Shown piece by piece: positions 29,440 to 41,136 of a stretch of DNA of 64,000 nucleotides. Positions within the stretch are counted from its first letter, which is position 1. Each line of letters opens with the position of its first letter. The position numbers were made by a program, and so were the translations under genes. The stretch is from contig LJSV01000012.1 of the NCBI GenBank assembly GCA_001314715.1, forward strand, positions 1,760 to 65,759. Reading direction: 5' to 3'. This stretch comes from Rhodobacteraceae bacterium HLUCCA12 (GTDB taxonomy: Bacteria; Pseudomonadota; Alphaproteobacteria; Rhodobacterales; Rhodobacteraceae). The notes beneath the pieces were generated by a model. That model saw nothing but the letters and a program-made list of their open reading frames with translations. It made no database searches and was not told the DNA's origin.

Positions 29440-30354
29440 ATGTCGAGCAGGGCAGCCCCCAAAGTGGCGGTACTGATGGGTGGAATCTCGGCCGAGCGCG
29501 AGGTGTCCCTGTCCTCGGGGCGCGAATGCGCCGCCGCACTTCGGGTGGCCGGATTTCAGGTGGTCGAGGTCGATGCCGGCCGCGACCTGCCCGAACGGCT
29601 GGCCGATATTCGCCCTGATGTTGCATTCAACGCGCTCCATGGCCGCTGGGGCGAAGACGGCTGCGTGCAGGGAGTGCTGGAATGGATGGGCATACCCTAT
29701 ACCCATTCCGGCGTGCTTGCCTCGGCGCTGGCCATGGACAAGATCCGCACCAAGGACATTTATCGCGCGGCCGGTCTGCCGGTGGTCGAAAGCGTGATGG
29801 CGCCCCGCGGCGCCATCGAGGCAGGGCATGTTCTGCCCCCGCCCTATGTGGTCAAACCCTCGAACGAGGGGTCGTCGGTCGGTGTCTACCTGGTGATGGA
29901 CGGGGCAAACAGCCCCCCACGCCTGTCGCCGGACATGCCCGAGCAGTTGATGGTCGAGGCCTATGTGCCGGGCCGGGAACTGACCGTCAGTGTCCTGGGT
30001 GAGCGGGCGTTGACCGTGACCGACATCGTCACCAGCGGCTGGTACGATTATGACGCCAAATACAAGCCCGGCGGTTCGCATCACGTCGTGCCGGCGGATG
30101 TGCCGCCACGGGTTTTCGACGCCTGCATGGACCATGCGCTTGCCGCGCATCGCGCCCTGGGCTGCCGCGGGCTCAGCCGGACCGATTATCGCTGGGATGA
30201 GGCGCGCGGCATCGACGGGCTGATCCTGCTGGAAACCAATACCCAGCCGGGGATGACGCCGACCTCGCTCAGCCCCGAGCAGGCGCGGCAATGCGGCATC
30301 AGCTTTCCTGATCTGTGCCGTTGGCTGGTGGAGGATGCCTCATGCCAGCGATGA
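29440..30354 (+). CDS. ddl: D-Ala--D-Ala ligase
   Basis: [35 protein letters not shown]. Confidence 0.95.
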   Translation: MSSRAAPKVAVLMGGISAEREVSLSSGRECAAALRVAGFQVVEVDAGRDLPERLADIRPDVAFNALHGRWGEDGCVQGVLEWMGIPYTHSGVLASALAMDKIRTKDIYRAAGLPVVESVMAPRGAIEAGHVLPPPYVVKPSNEGSSVGVYLVMDGANSPPRLSPDMPEQLMVEAYVPGRELTVSVLGERALTVTDIVTSGWYDYDAKYKPGGSHHVVPADVPPRVFDACMDHALAAHRALGCRGLSRTDYRWDEARGIDGLILLETNTQPGMTPTSLSPEQARQCGISFPDLCRWLVEDASCQR

Positions 30355-31433
30355 GCGGTCCCTACCGGTTTGACCCGTCCCATGATCGCGCAAGCCGCCA
30401 TCACCCGCGGCCGGTGCGTCCGCATGCCTTCGTGCCTCCGTCGCCCCTCGCCGACATCGCGCGCGAACCCATCGAGGATTCGCACCCGGCGATACCCTCG
30501 GCGCTGTATTCCTGGTCAGACGAGCCTGGCGCCGCACATGGTGCCGCCAGGTCCGAACAGACCAGCCGCAAAACGCGCCGCGACCCGTCGCCCAGCCGAC
30601 TTGCGTATCGGCTGAACCGGCTCTGGTTGACGCCGGTGATCCGGCGGGGCGTGACGGTGGGCGCGCCAGTCCTGATTCTGTCGCTCTCGATCGGGTTGTG
30701 GCTGGGCGATGAAAGCCGCCGCGACCAGATCGCCACATTTTTCAACGATCTGCGCACAGGCATCGAGAACCGGCCGGAATTCCAGGTCAACACCCTGTCG
30801 GTGGATGCGCGTTCGGACGCCGTGGCGCAGGCCGTGATCCAGCGCCTGTCGCTGAGCTTTCCGGTCTCCTCCTTTCATCTTGACCTGCCGGCGTTGCGCC
30901 GGTCGATCGAGGCGCTGAACGCGGTCGAAACCGCGGCGCTGCGGATCGGATCGGACGGGGTGCTGCAGGTGTCGGTGACCGAGCGTGAGCCGGCGATGGT
31001 CTGGCGCCATCGCGGTGGACTGGATTTGGTGGATTCCGAAGGGCGCAGCATCGCCCGGCTGGCGGCGCGCGACGTGCGCGCCGACCTGCCTCTTGTCGCC
31101 GGTGAGGGCGCCCCCGAAGCGATGGCCGAGGCACGCCAGCTTTTCGACGCGGCACATCCGCTGCGCGACCGGCTTCGCGGGCTCGTGCGGGTCAGCGAAC
31201 GTCGCTGGGATGTGGTGCTGGATCGCGACCAGCGTATCCTTCTGCCGGCCCAGGGGGCAGTGGCGGCGCTGGAGCGGGTGCTGGCGCTGGACTCGGTTCA
31301 AGACCTTTTGGCGCGCGACGTTCGCGCGGTCGATCTGCGCGATCCCTCGCGCCCCACGATCCGGCTTTCGCAGACCGCCATGTCGGAACTGCACCGCATC
31401 AGAAATCAGGCAAGCGGAGTTTCAGACCGATGA
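30342..31433 (+). CDS. ftsQ: Cell division protein FtsQ
   Basis: [11 protein letters not shown], one TM, POTRA-like region, RRWD, VDLR; start may be 30351. Confidence 0.88.
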   Translation: MPAMSGPYRFDPSHDRASRHHPRPVRPHAFVPPSPLADIAREPIEDSHPAIPSALYSWSDEPGAAHGAARSEQTSRKTRRDPSPSRLAYRLNRLWLTPVIRRGVTVGAPVLILSLSIGLWLGDESRRDQIATFFNDLRTGIENRPEFQVNTLSVDARSDAVAQAVIQRLSLSFPVSSFHLDLPALRRSIEALNAVETAALRIGSDGVLQVSVTEREPAMVWRHRGGLDLVDSEGRSIARLAARDVRADLPLVAGEGAPEAMAEARQLFDAAHPLRDRLRGLVRVSERRWDVVLDRDQRILLPAQGAVAALERVLALDSVQDLLARDVRAVDLRDPSRPTIRLSQTAMSELHRIRNQASGVSDR

Positions 31434-32764
31434 CCGATCTCTACCAGTCCCAGCGTGCCATGCGAAACATGCGCCAGCAGGCGATGCAGCGCGGCGTCAT
31501 TGCCGTTCTCGATATCGGCACGTTCAAGGTGGCCTGCCTGATCCTGAAATTCGGCGTGTCCTCGGGCGCGACCGAAGGATCCGGGGTGGGGAACATGGCC
31601 GGGCAGGCCAGTTTCCGGGTCATCGGCGCGGGCACGACGCGTTCACGCGGGGTGCGGTTCGGCGAGATTGCGGCGATGGCAGAGACCGAGCGCGCGGTGC
31701 GCACCGCCTTGCAGACCGCGCAAAAGATGGCGCAGGTGCGTGTGGACCATGCCATCGTCTGCTTTTCGGGCGGCGAGGCGCGATCTTACGGCCTTGAGGG
31801 CGCGGTGGAACTGGATGGCGCGCATGTCGTCGAGAATGACATTGCCCGTGTGCTGGCAGCCTGCGAGGTCCCCGATCTGGGGGCGGGACGCGAGGTCTTG
31901 CACGCCCAGCCGGTGAATTTCATGCTCGATCACCGTTCGGGCCTGTCCGATCCGCGCGGCCAGGCCGGGCGCAAACTGTCGTGCGACATGCACCTGTTGT
32001 CGATTGATGCCGATGTCGTGCAGAACCTTGTGCATTGCCTGAAGCGTTGCGACGTTGAAATGGCGGGGCTGGCGGCGTCCAGCTATGTGTCGGGCCTGGC
32101 ATCGCTGGTCGAGGATGAACAGGAACTGGGCTCGGCCGCGATCGACCTGGGCGGCGGTGCGACCGGGCTGTCGATCTTCATCAAGAAACACATGATCTTT
32201 GCCGATACCGTGCGCCTGGGCGGCGATCACGTGACCACCGATATCGCCAAGGGATTGCAGATCCCCTATAGCGCGGCCGAGCGCATCAAGACCTTTTACG
32301 GCGGCGTTCAGGCAACCGGCAAGGACGACCGTGAGATCATCGAGGTCGGCGGCGATAGCGGCGATTGGGACAAGGATCGCCGGACCATCACCCGGTCCGA
32401 ACTGATCGGTATCATGCGCCCCCGCGTCGAGGAGATCTTGGAAGAGGTGCGCGCCCGGCTTGACGCTGCGGGCTTCGACCATCTGCCCAGCCAGCAGATC
32501 GTGCTGACCGGCGGCGGCAGCCAGATACCGGGGCTGGACGGGCTGGCTGCGCGCATCCTGGGCCAACAGGTTCGGCTGGGTCGGCCGATGCGGGTGCAGG
32601 GGCTGCCGCAAGCCGCGACCGGCCCGGCCTTTGCCGGCATTGTCGGCCTGTGCCTCTTCGCGGCGCAGCCACAGGACGAATGGTGGGATTTCGATATACC
32701 CTCGGACCGGTTCTCGGCGCGTCCGTTGAGGCGCGCCATGAAATGGTTCAGGGACAACTGGTAA
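31430..32764 (+). CDS. ftsA: Cell division protein FtsA
   Basis: LDIGTFK, DLGGG, GGDHVT, TGGGSQ, C-terminal WFRDNW. Confidence 0.95.
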   Translation: MTDLYQSQRAMRNMRQQAMQRGVIAVLDIGTFKVACLILKFGVSSGATEGSGVGNMAGQASFRVIGAGTTRSRGVRFGEIAAMAETERAVRTALQTAQKMAQVRVDHAIVCFSGGEARSYGLEGAVELDGAHVVENDIARVLAACEVPDLGAGREVLHAQPVNFMLDHRSGLSDPRGQAGRKLSCDMHLLSIDADVVQNLVHCLKRCDVEMAGLAASSYVSGLASLVEDEQELGSAAIDLGGGATGLSIFIKKHMIFADTVRLGGDHVTTDIAKGLQIPYSAAERIKTFYGGVQATGKDDREIIEVGGDSGDWDKDRRTITRSELIGIMRPRVEEILEEVRARLDAAGFDHLPSQQIVLTGGGSQIPGLDGLAARILGQQVRLGRPMRVQGLPQAATGPAFAGIVGLCLFAAQPQDEWWDFDIPSDRFSARPLRRAMKWFRDNW

Positions 32765-32967
32765 ATACCATATCGGGTTGATTCGCCGATATGCGTGGAA
32801 TCTCGGCGAATTTCCTCCAGATTTGGTGCGAAGAAGGTTTTTTTTAATGACGTTCCCGCGTCAGATCGCTACTATCAGCGGAAAATCTGGCAAATCACCA
32901 AGAGCCGGACAGCGTGTCGATAGGCAGTCGGCAGAGGCAAACCGGATCAAGACAGGCGGATAAGGCA

Positions 32968-34596
32968 ATGGCATTGAATTTCATCGCGACGGAATCGAAG
33001 GAACTGACGCCGCGGATCACCGTGTTCGGGGTCGGTGGCGCGGGTGGCAACGCGGTCAACAACATGATCGACAAGGCGCTCGAGGGTGTCGAGTTCGTCG
33101 TTGCCAACACCGATGCGCAGGCGCTTCAGCAATCGAAATCGCGGGCGCGCGTCCAGCTTGGGGTCAAGGTGACCGAGGGGCTGGGCGCCGGGGCGCGGCC
33201 CTCGGTTGGCGCGTCGGCGGCCGAAGAAACGCTGGAAGAGATCATCGACCATCTGGCCGGGGCGCATATGTGCTTCATCACCGCCGGCATGGGCGGCGGC
33301 ACAGGCACAGGGGCGGCGCCGATCATCGCGCAGGCCGCGCGCGAGCTTGGCGTGCTGACCGTGGGCGTGGTCACGAAGCCTTTCGCCTTCGAAGGGGCCA
33401 AGCGCATGCGGCAGGCCGAAGACGGGGTCGAGGCCCTGCAAAAGGTCGTCGATACGCTGATCATCATTCCCAACCAGAACCTGTTCCGTCTGGCCAACGA
33501 AAAAACGACCTTTACCGAAGCCTTCGCGATGGCCGACGATGTCCTGTATCAGGGCGTCAAGGGCGTGACCGACCTGATGGTGCGTCCGGGCATGATCAAC
33601 CTCGACTTCGCCGATGTCCGCGCCGTCATGGATGAGATGGGCAAGGCGATGATGGGCACGGGCGAGGCGACCGGTGAAGACCGCGCGCGTCAGGCATCCG
33701 AAAAGGCAATCGCCAATCCGCTGCTGGACGAGATCAGCCTCAACGGCGCCCGCGGCGTGCTGATCAACATCACCGGCGGCCACGACCTGACCCTGTTCGA
33801 ACTGGACGAGGCGGCGAACCTGATCCGTGAAAAGGTCGATCCCGAGGCCAATATCATCGTCGGTTCGACCCTCGATCCCGAGATGGAGGGCGCGATCCGC
33901 GTGTCCGTCGTGGCGACCGGGATCGAGGCGCAGGCCGATGCCGCCACGCTGGATGTGCCGCGCCGCCGTCTGGCCGAGCCGCTGACGCCCGCAGCACACG
34001 AGGCCGCGACCGAACAGCCGCAGGAAGAGGCGGTTGCACACGACGCCTATCAGGAACCCGTTTTCGAGCCGCGGCCAGAGTATGTTGAGCCCGAACCGCA
34101 GCCCGAACCGGCCTATCAGCCCGAACCGCAGCGCCCCGCCGCGCGGGTCGAGCCGCAGACGGAATATGTGCATCGCGGCCAGGGAAATCCGGTGCAGAAC
34201 GAGTTCGACCTGGATGCCGTGCTTCACGAACAGCCGCAATACGAGCAGCCCCAGTCCTGGCAGGACGAGGCCGGTGGCTATGTCGCGCCGCGTCCGCATT
34301 CGGCGGGCTCCCCGTCGCCCGAAACCTTGGCGCGCCTGCGCGCGGCGGTCGCCAAGCAGCCTGAGGCACAGCAGCGCCAGGCGCCGTGCCCGCCCGAGCC
34401 GACGCAGCAACCCGAACAGCGCGGGCGCTTCGGCATCAGTTCGCTGATCAGCCGCATGGCCGGATCGGGCGGCGAGAACAACGCCCAGGCCGCCCGTGTG
34501 CAGCCCCCGGTTCATTCGTATGACGACGAACCGGCGCAGCGCGCGTCGGATGATCGCATCGAGATCCCGGCCTTCCTGCGCAGGCAGGCGAACTGA
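32968..34596 (+). CDS. ftsZ: Cell division protein FtsZ
   Basis: [15 protein letters not shown] signature, long P/E/Q linker, [10 protein letters not shown] tail. Confidence 0.97.
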   Translation: MALNFIATESKELTPRITVFGVGGAGGNAVNNMIDKALEGVEFVVANTDAQALQQSKSRARVQLGVKVTEGLGAGARPSVGASAAEETLEEIIDHLAGAHMCFITAGMGGGTGTGAAPIIAQAARELGVLTVGVVTKPFAFEGAKRMRQAEDGVEALQKVVDTLIIIPNQNLFRLANEKTTFTEAFAMADDVLYQGVKGVTDLMVRPGMINLDFADVRAVMDEMGKAMMGTGEATGEDRARQASEKAIANPLLDEISLNGARGVLINITGGHDLTLFELDEAANLIREKVDPEANIIVGSTLDPEMEGAIRVSVVATGIEAQADAATLDVPRRRLAEPLTPAAHEAATEQPQEEAVAHDAYQEPVFEPRPEYVEPEPQPEPAYQPEPQRPAARVEPQTEYVHRGQGNPVQNEFDLDAVLHEQPQYEQPQSWQDEAGGYVAPRPHSAGSPSPETLARLRAAVAKQPEAQQRQAPCPPEPTQQPEQRGRFGISSLISRMAGSGGENNAQAARVQPPVHSYDDEPAQRASDDRIEIPAFLRRQAN

Positions 34597-34637
34597 GCGT
34601 CGATTCCCGATCACAAGACATGGCCGCAAGGCCATTG

Positions 34638-34665
34638 GAAACCGGCTTCGGCCGGTTTCTTTATT
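34638..34665 (+). terminator. Rho-independent terminator after ftsZ
   Basis: GAAACCGGC-TTCG-GCCGGTTTC then TTTATT. Confidence 0.75.
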
Positions 34666-34757
34666 GCGTTGTCAAAGGGTTGCGAAGGGTGTGCGGGTAT
34701 GGGCGGATTCTTGCCGGCGTCTTTGTGGACTGTTACAGCCCTGTTGCAAACTGTGAG

Positions 34758-34786
34758 TTGAGCCCTGCCCAAGCAACGCCTAGAAA
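34758..34786 (+). promoter_or_regulatory. Candidate lpxC promoter
   Basis: TTGAGC-N17-TAGAAA. Confidence 0.4.
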
Positions 34787-34825
34787 GCCGGCAACAGCGG
34801 GTCCGGCCGCGACAGAGGGGCACAC

Positions 34826-35752
34826 GTGCAGACAACGCTTCAAAGAACGGTCAGGTTTCAGGGCACGGCTCTGCATTCTGGCAACCTCGTGGACATGCGT
34901 GTTGCGCCGGCACCGGCCGGAACCGGCTTTGTTTTCGACCGCACCGACCTTGCGCTGCCACAATCCAGGCGGCGCATCCGTGTGAATGCCGATGCCCTGA
35001 TCGAGGCCGATCTGTGCACCCGGATCGGCAATGCCGAGGGCGTGACCGTCTCGACCATCGAGCATCTCATGGCCGCGCTGGCCGGTTGCGGCATCCATAA
35101 CGCGCAGATCACGCTGGACGGCGACGAGGTGCCGATCCTTGACGGATCGGCCCGCCCCTTCGTGGCATCCTTCCTGGCTGCGGGCGTGCGCCCGCTGCGC
35201 GCGCCGCTGCGCGCGATCCGCGTGCTGCGCCCGATCGAAGTGCGCGACGGCGCGGCCTTTGCCCGTCTCGAACCGGCGCCGCATCTGTCGATCGCCTTCG
35301 AGATCGATTTCCCCGATCCCGCGATTGGTCGCCAGCAAAAGGATCTGCCGCTTTGCAACGGCGCGTTCGTGCGCGAACTGGCCGACAGCCGCACCTTCTG
35401 CCGGTTGTCCGATGTGGAACGGATGCGCGCCAATGGCCTTGCGCTGGGCGGCACGATGGAGAACGCGGTGGTCTTTGACGGGGCGCGCGTCGTCAGCCCC
35501 GGCGGCCTGCGGCACCTGGACGAACCTGTCCGCCACAAGATGCTGGATGCGATGGGCGACCTGGCGGTTGCCGGCGCGCCGATCATCGGGCGTTATGTGG
35601 GCTATCGTGCCGGACATACCCTGACCGGGCGGCTGGTGCGCGCGCTGCTTGCCCAGCGCGATGCGCACGCCCGTGTGATCGTTTCCGAGACCGAAGGGCA
35701 TGTCCTGCCGGGGGCGGGGGTTTGCGCCGAAGATCTGGCGCTGACGGCCTGA
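34826..35752 (+). CDS. lpxC: UDP-3-O-acyl-GlcNAc deacetylase
   Basis: MQTTL, TIEHLMAAL, EVPILDGS, RTF, HKMLD, GH. Confidence 0.95.
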   Translation: MQTTLQRTVRFQGTALHSGNLVDMRVAPAPAGTGFVFDRTDLALPQSRRRIRVNADALIEADLCTRIGNAEGVTVSTIEHLMAALAGCGIHNAQITLDGDEVPILDGSARPFVASFLAAGVRPLRAPLRAIRVLRPIEVRDGAAFARLEPAPHLSIAFEIDFPDPAIGRQQKDLPLCNGAFVRELADSRTFCRLSDVERMRANGLALGGTMENAVVFDGARVVSPGGLRHLDEPVRHKMLDAMGDLAVAGAPIIGRYVGYRAGHTLTGRLVRALLAQRDAHARVIVSETEGHVLPGAGVCAEDLALTA

Positions 35753-35904
35753 TCCGCACCACTTTCACTTCTGGTCGCGGCCGGCGCAAAGGCGTTTTGC
35801 GTGTGGCATTCTTATGTGCTAGGACCGGCCTCAAGCCCCCTTCGGGGCGTAAGGAATTCAGCAGGCGCAGGCTGATCCGGGCCGCGCGCAAGGGGACACT
35901 GGAC

Positions 35905-36768
35905 ATGATGCTTACCGGCCGTGGACGCAGCTTTTCTTTCAGGAACCCCCGTTCGGCAGTTTTGGTCACGGGCCTGTGCCTGGTGCTGGCGGCCTGCGGC
36001 GGCGTTCGCGAGGACGAACCGCTGGACGGGTTCAGCGCCGAGGAAATCTATCGCCGCGGTGAATATGTCCTGGAAACCAATCGCCGCGCCGACAGCGCCC
36101 TGCGCTATTTCCGCGAGGTCGAGCGCATCTATCCCTACACCACCTGGGCGCGGCGCGCGATCGTCATGCAGGCCTATGCCCAGCACCGTGACGGCGACTA
36201 TGAAGAGGCGCGCGCGACCGCGCAGCGTTTCCTTGATCAGTATCCCGGCGACGAAGACGCGGCCTGGGCCGCGTATATCCTGGCGCTAACCTATTACGAC
36301 CAGATCGAGGATGTGGGCCGCGACCAGGGCCTGACGTTCCAGGCGCTGCAGCATCTGCGCCGCGTGATCGAGCGGTATCCGAATACGGAATATGCGCGCT
36401 CGGCGGTGCTGAAGTTCGACCTGGCCTTTGATCATCTCGCCGCCAAGGAAATGGAAATCGGCCGCTATTACCTGCGGCGCGGTTTGCAGGCGGCGGCGGT
36501 CAATCGCTTCCGCGTCGTGGTCGAAGAGTTCCAGACGACCACGCACACGCCCGAGGCGTTGCACCGTCTGGTCGAGGCCTATCTGGCGCTGGGCCTGCGC
36601 GACGAGGCGCAGACGGCCGCGGCGATCCTGGGGCACAATTTCCGCTCCAACCCGTTCTACGAAGACAGCTACCGGTTGCTGAACGATCAGGGGCTTTCGC
36701 CCGACGCCAGCGGCGACAGCTGGATTCGCCAGATCTATCGCCGCACGATTCGCGGCGAGTGGCTGTAA
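35905..36768 (+). CDS. bamD: Outer-membrane assembly lipoprotein BamD
   Basis: LAAC lipobox, TPR helices, EMEIGRYY, EALHRLVEAY; lpxC-bamD-recN order. Confidence 0.92.
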   Translation: MMLTGRGRSFSFRNPRSAVLVTGLCLVLAACGGVREDEPLDGFSAEEIYRRGEYVLETNRRADSALRYFREVERIYPYTTWARRAIVMQAYAQHRDGDYEEARATAQRFLDQYPGDEDAAWAAYILALTYYDQIEDVGRDQGLTFQALQHLRRVIERYPNTEYARSAVLKFDLAFDHLAAKEMEIGRYYLRRGLQAAAVNRFRVVVEEFQTTTHTPEALHRLVEAYLALGLRDEAQTAAAILGHNFRSNPFYEDSYRLLNDQGLSPDASGDSWIRQIYRRTIRGEWL

Positions 36769-36807
36769 ACGGGGCTCACGCCGCCGAAACCGGGGCAGGA
36801 GCGCCAG

Positions 36808-38457
36808 ATGCTGCGCACTCTATCGATCCGCGACATGCTCCTGATCGATCGGCTGGAACTGGATTTTCAGCCGGGCCTGAATGTGCTGACAGGCGAGACC
36901 GGGGCGGGAAAGTCGATATTGCTCGATTCGCTGGGGTTCGTGCTGGGCTGGCGCGGAAGGGCTGAACTGGTGCGCGCCGGGGCCGCACAGGGCGAGGTCG
37001 AGGCGGTCTTCGACATTGACGCGGGACATCCGGCGCAGGCAATCCTGGCCGAGGCGGGGATCGCCGCTGACGATGCGCTGATCCTGCGCCGGGTGAACAC
37101 GCCCGACGGCCGCAAGACCGCCTGGGTCAACGATCGCCGTGCCTCGGGCGAGGTGTTGCGCGCGCTCTCGGATACCTTGGTGGAACTGCATGGCCAGCAT
37201 GACGACCGGGGTCTGTTGAACCCGCGTGGGCACCGGCAGTTGCTGGACAGTTTCGCAGGCGTCGATGCCGAACTTGCCTGGGCCCGCAGCGCCTGGCGCG
37301 CGCTGGCCGATGCCCGTCATGCGCGGGCGGCTGCACAGGAACGCCTGGGGGCCTTGCGCGCCGAAGAGGATTTTCTGCGCCATGCCGTGGCCGAGCTGGA
37401 CAAGCTGAACCCCGAACCCGGCGAAGAGGCCGAACTGGATACACGCCGCCGGATGATGCAGGCCGGTGCGCGGCTGCGCGAAGATGTGGCGCGCGCGCGT
37501 GCGGCAATGGGTGAAGACGGTGCCGAACGATTGATGCATGATGCCACACGTTGGCTTGACGGCGCGGCTGCGGATGTCGAGGGGCGGCTGGATACGGCGA
37601 TCGAGGCCTTGGGGCGGGCATTGACCGAACTGGGCGAAGCGCAGGCCGCGGTCGATGGCTGCCTGGATGCGCTGGACACCGACCCGGCCACCTTGGAGAT
37701 GGTCGAGGAACGCCTTTTCGCCCTGCGCGGCCTTGCGCGCAAGCACGGCGTCCTGCCGGACGACCTGGGCGCCCACGCGCAGGAGTTACGCGCCCGGCTG
37801 GCGGCGCTTGATGCCGGCGACGACGATGTCGCGGCCCTGGCGCGGGCCGAGGCATCCGCCCGCGCGGCCCATGATGCGGCCTGCGCGGCGTTGACGGCGC
37901 GGCGCACCGCCGCGGCAGAGGCGCTCGATTCAGCGATGGCCGCGGAACTGGCGCCGCTGAAAATGGAGCGCGCGCGTTTCACCACCACGATCGCACCTGC
38001 CGATCCGGGGCCGGATGGTGCCGATGCGGTCACGTTCGAGGTGGCGACCAATCCCGGCGCCCCGGCGGGACCGCTGAACCGGATCGCCTCGGGCGGGGAA
38101 CTGTCGCGCTTTCTTCTGGCGCTGAAAGTGTGTCTCAGCCGGGGTGGCGGCGGTCAGACCCTGATCTTCGATGAAATCGATCGCGGCGTGGGCGGGGCCA
38201 CCGCCGATGCGGTCGGACGCCGCTTGCGCGCGTTGGCCACTGGGGCGCAGGTTCTGGTGGTGACGCACAGCCCGCAGGTCGCCGCGCAGGGCGCGCATCA
38301 CTGGCGCGTCGAGAAAACGGTCAAGGAGGGTGCTACCTTCTCGCGCGTAACGCAACTCGTTGACGATTCGCGCGTTGATGAACTCGCGCGGATGCTGGCG
38401 GGGGACCGGATCACCGAGGCAGCACGCGCCGCCGCGCGCGCATTGCTGACGCCCTGA
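36808..38457 (+). CDS. recN: DNA repair protein RecN
   Basis: TGETGAGKS, HGQHD, ASGGELSR, IFDEID, VTHSPQVA. Confidence 0.96.
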   Translation: MLRTLSIRDMLLIDRLELDFQPGLNVLTGETGAGKSILLDSLGFVLGWRGRAELVRAGAAQGEVEAVFDIDAGHPAQAILAEAGIAADDALILRRVNTPDGRKTAWVNDRRASGEVLRALSDTLVELHGQHDDRGLLNPRGHRQLLDSFAGVDAELAWARSAWRALADARHARAAAQERLGALRAEEDFLRHAVAELDKLNPEPGEEAELDTRRRMMQAGARLREDVARARAAMGEDGAERLMHDATRWLDGAAADVEGRLDTAIEALGRALTELGEAQAAVDGCLDALDTDPATLEMVEERLFALRGLARKHGVLPDDLGAHAQELRARLAALDAGDDDVAALARAEASARAAHDAACAALTARRTAAAEALDSAMAAELAPLKMERARFTTTIAPADPGPDGADAVTFEVATNPGAPAGPLNRIASGGELSRFLLALKVCLSRGGGGQTLIFDEIDRGVGGATADAVGRRLRALATGAQVLVVTHSPQVAAQGAHHWRVEKTVKEGATFSRVTQLVDDSRVDELARMLAGDRITEAARAAARALLTP

Positions 38458-38539
38458 TACCGTCACGAGCGCGGCGCGAAAGACCGTTTTGACAGGCGCG
38501 GCCGGGTGTTCCCCAGCGCCGAAACACAGGAGGTGACAG

Positions 38540-38920
38540 ATGCTTTCACTCGTTCGGACCGCGTTTGCGCTGACGGCCGGTTGCGCCGTTCTTGCCGGTT
38601 GCGCCCAGATGCCTGATCTGCCGGGCTTCGGCGCGCAACGCAACGCCCCGCGCGCGGCTGTCCCTGACACCGACAGCGCAACCGACGACTCCACGCCCGG
38701 CGCCGTGCCCGCCAGTACCGCCGAACGGGCCTGCACCCGCCAGGGGCAGGACCAGGGCCTTTCAGTTCAGGGCGTTGTCGGCACCCGCGAAGTCATGGGC
38801 GACGATGGTGTGCCGCGCTCACGCGATGTGATGCTGCGCGTCGCACGCGGCGAGCAGGTCTATGAGGTTCGCTGCAGCTACAGCTATGTCAGCAGCGAGG
38901 CGCGGATCATGTCGCTGTAA
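38540..38920 (+). CDS. Hypothetical lipoprotein
   Basis: LAGC lipobox, GGAGG RBS, two further Cys residues. Confidence 0.7.
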   Translation: MLSLVRTAFALTAGCAVLAGCAQMPDLPGFGAQRNAPRAAVPDTDSATDDSTPGAVPASTAERACTRQGQDQGLSVQGVVGTREVMGDDGVPRSRDVMLRVARGEQVYEVRCSYSYVSSEARIMSL

Positions 38921-38950
38921 GGCAAGGGGCCTGGCTGGCGCAGCCCCGCG

Positions 38951-39553
38951 TCAGCCAGCCTTCAGCGCCTTGCGCAAGGCGGGCCGTTGCATCATCCGGC
39001 CAAGGTAGTCCTGCAATTTCGGCTCGGTGATCTCGAATTTCGCGGCGCGCGCCCAGATGCCGCAATGGGTCAGGACGATGTCGGGCACCGTCATCGCCTC
39101 GCCCATCAGGAAGGGGGCATCGCCCATCCGGCGCACGAACAGCGACTGGTTGCGCGTGAATTCCCAGCGCAGCGACTCCTTCACCGCGGGAACGCGCTGC
39201 GGCTCGGGCAGGATAAAGCTGTGTCGCGCCGCCACCCACAGAACTGCGTCGAATTCATCCAGCACCAGTTGCGTCAGCGCATCCTGGCGCGCACGCTCCA
39301 GCGTGCCGGCGGCATGGGTGAACTTTCCGTGCCGGTCGGTCAGGAACTGCATGATCGCGGTCGAATCGGTGATCGGCGCCCCATCGACCAGCAGGACCGG
39401 CACCTTGCCTGACGGGTTTACCTGATTCACCTCGGACGCGTGGGGCTTGACCCCGACATGTTCGTACGGCAGCTCCAGCTCTTCCAGCATCCACAGAACC
39501 CGCGCGGCGCGGGACTGGGCGTTGCCGATGACGGTATAGGCGGGGTTGGTCAT
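38951..39553 (-). CDS. Glutathione S-transferase family protein
   Basis: SRAARVLWMLEEL, VNPSGKVPVL, DSTAI; start MTNPAY at 39553. Confidence 0.9.
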   Translation of the reverse strand: MTNPAYTVIGNAQSRAARVLWMLEELELPYEHVGVKPHASEVNQVNPSGKVPVLLVDGAPITDSTAIMQFLTDRHGKFTHAAGTLERARQDALTQLVLDEFDAVLWVAARHSFILPEPQRVPAVKESLRWEFTRNQSLFVRRMGDAPFLMGEAMTVPDIVLTHCGIWARAAKFEITEPKLQDYLGRMMQRPALRKALKAG

Positions 39554-39631
39554 GCGAATGCTCCGGTTCGTGTGGCGCAAGTGATCCATGCCGCCGAGCC
39601 AAAGTGCAAGGGGTGACGGCGTGCGCCGGTG

Positions 39632-40660
39632 TCATCTGAGGCGGGCAGCCATCGTCGCCAGCCGCAGAAAGGTGCGTTCGGTCAGCGCGACCAGCGGCGC
39701 CCGGCTGGTCGATCGCAGTGTCAGGTCGGTTTCGGTGATATCGCTCATCGCCTGTTCAATCCGGTCTTGGCGCCATCGCTGGGCATGTCGCAAGATCCGG
39801 TCGCGGCGCGGTCCGAAAACCGGTGGCCGCAGGGCTCCGATGGCCTGCGACGGGCCGCGCGGGTCGGACACCAGGGTATGCAGCAGTCGAAAATGGCGCA
39901 TGGCGCCGATACACAGCGTGACCGGGGCGACCCCTTGCGCGATCAGGCGGGCCATCAACGGCGGCACGGCGTTCGGGCGCCCCTCGGCCACGGCATCCAG
40001 CATGGCGTCGATACCGGCCTCGGCATCCTGAGGGGCAAGGGCTGCGATCTCGGTGGACGAAAGCGGGGTGTCGTCGCCGTGCTTGTAAAGGGCGATCTTG
40101 GTCAGTGTCTGGCGAAAATCGCCGGGTTCCAGGATTTGGGCCAGCGCGGTCAGATCGCGCATGGCATCGGGCGGAACCGACGACAGACCGGCATCGCGCA
40201 GCATCGCCTCGATCTCATCGCGGCCCGGCGGGTCGTCATAGACGGCCATCGCCAGTGCGCGCTTGTCGGACTCGAACGCCTTGCGCAGTTTCGACGAGGC
40301 GTTGAGCTGCCCGGCGGTGACAACAAGCACTGCGTCGCCATCGGCCCACCGGGTCAGGGCATTCTTCACGGACTCGGTCGCGCTGTCGGTGGCTTCCTCG
40401 ATCAGAACCGCCCGCGTGCCAGGAAAGAACCCTTGCGCCTTGATTGCATCCAGCGCCGCGGCGGGATCCTTGCGCAGATCGGCGGCGGCAAAGCGGGCAA
40501 GGCGCATCTCGGTCTCGCCCTGCGGGCCGATCAGGTTGCGAATCAGCGTCTGGCGCCGTTCGGCCACGCGCATGACATCGCTGCCATGGATCAGGATGCC
40601 CGGCATCCGCGGATCGGGCCGGGCCAGAAAGCCGGGCGCGTCGCGCGGTGACAGCTTCAT
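39632..40660 (-). CDS. holA: DNA polymerase III delta subunit
   Basis: LIHGSD, SSKLRKAFE, KIALY; holA-lptE-leuS order. Confidence 0.88.
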   Translation of the reverse strand: MKLSPRDAPGFLARPDPRMPGILIHGSDVMRVAERRQTLIRNLIGPQGETEMRLARFAAADLRKDPAAALDAIKAQGFFPGTRAVLIEEATDSATESVKNALTRWADGDAVLVVTAGQLNASSKLRKAFESDKRALAMAVYDDPPGRDEIEAMLRDAGLSSVPPDAMRDLTALAQILEPGDFRQTLTKIALYKHGDDTPLSSTEIAALAPQDAEAGIDAMLDAVAEGRPNAVPPLMARLIAQGVAPVTLCIGAMRHFRLLHTLVSDPRGPSQAIGALRPPVFGPRRDRILRHAQRWRQDRIEQAMSDITETDLTLRSTSRAPLVALTERTFLRLATMAARLR

Positions 40661-41136
40661 GCCGGCGACAGGTCCGGCAGCGCCGTCAACCGCAGCACCA
40701 GGCTGTCGACCAGCATGCGCATCAGGCGGACCTCGGCATCCTCGGCGGCGGCCTGTTCGGCCAGTTGCGTGCCGGTCCTGGAATAGCCGGCACTGGCATC
40801 GACCCGGCCCGCGGCGATTTCCTGTCCGCCGGCGATGTCGCTGAGGACATATTCCAGCACCCCCAGAACCTGCACGCGCGAGGCATCGCCCCCGATCCGG
40901 CGCTGGCCGATCCGATAGCTGAGCGCGTAGCGTGGCGAGACCGGCCGGCCCAGCCGTTCTTCGAACGCGGCGACGAAATGGTATTCATCGCGCCGTGACG
41001 GATCATCGGCGCGCACCGCGCCCTGCAAGGCGCGGCCAACCCCACCGGGGGCATAGACCGGCGAAAAACGGCATCCCGCCAGCCCTGCGACAGCGGCAAG
41101 GCCCAGCAGAACGCTGCGGCGATCAGACAACGACAT
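40657..41136 (-). CDS. lptE: LPS assembly lipoprotein LptE
   Basis: [10 protein letters not shown] lipobox; position between leuS and holA. Confidence 0.82.
   Translation of the reverse strand: MSLSDRRSVLLGLAAVAGLAGCRFSPVYAPGGVGRALQGAVRADDPSRRDEYHFVAAFEERLGRPVSPRYALSYRIGQRRIGGDASRVQVLGVLEYVLSDIAGGQEIAAGRVDASAGYSRTGTQLAEQAAAEDAEVRLMRMLVDSLVLRLTALPDLSPA

Noticed and set aside
32765-32967. CtrA box upstream of ftsZ
   Set aside because: Only a single TTAA half-site; no TTAA-N7-TTAA.
33950-34550. Long P/E/Q-rich FtsZ insert as a novel domain
   Set aside because: Long disordered linkers are normal for alphaproteobacterial FtsZ.
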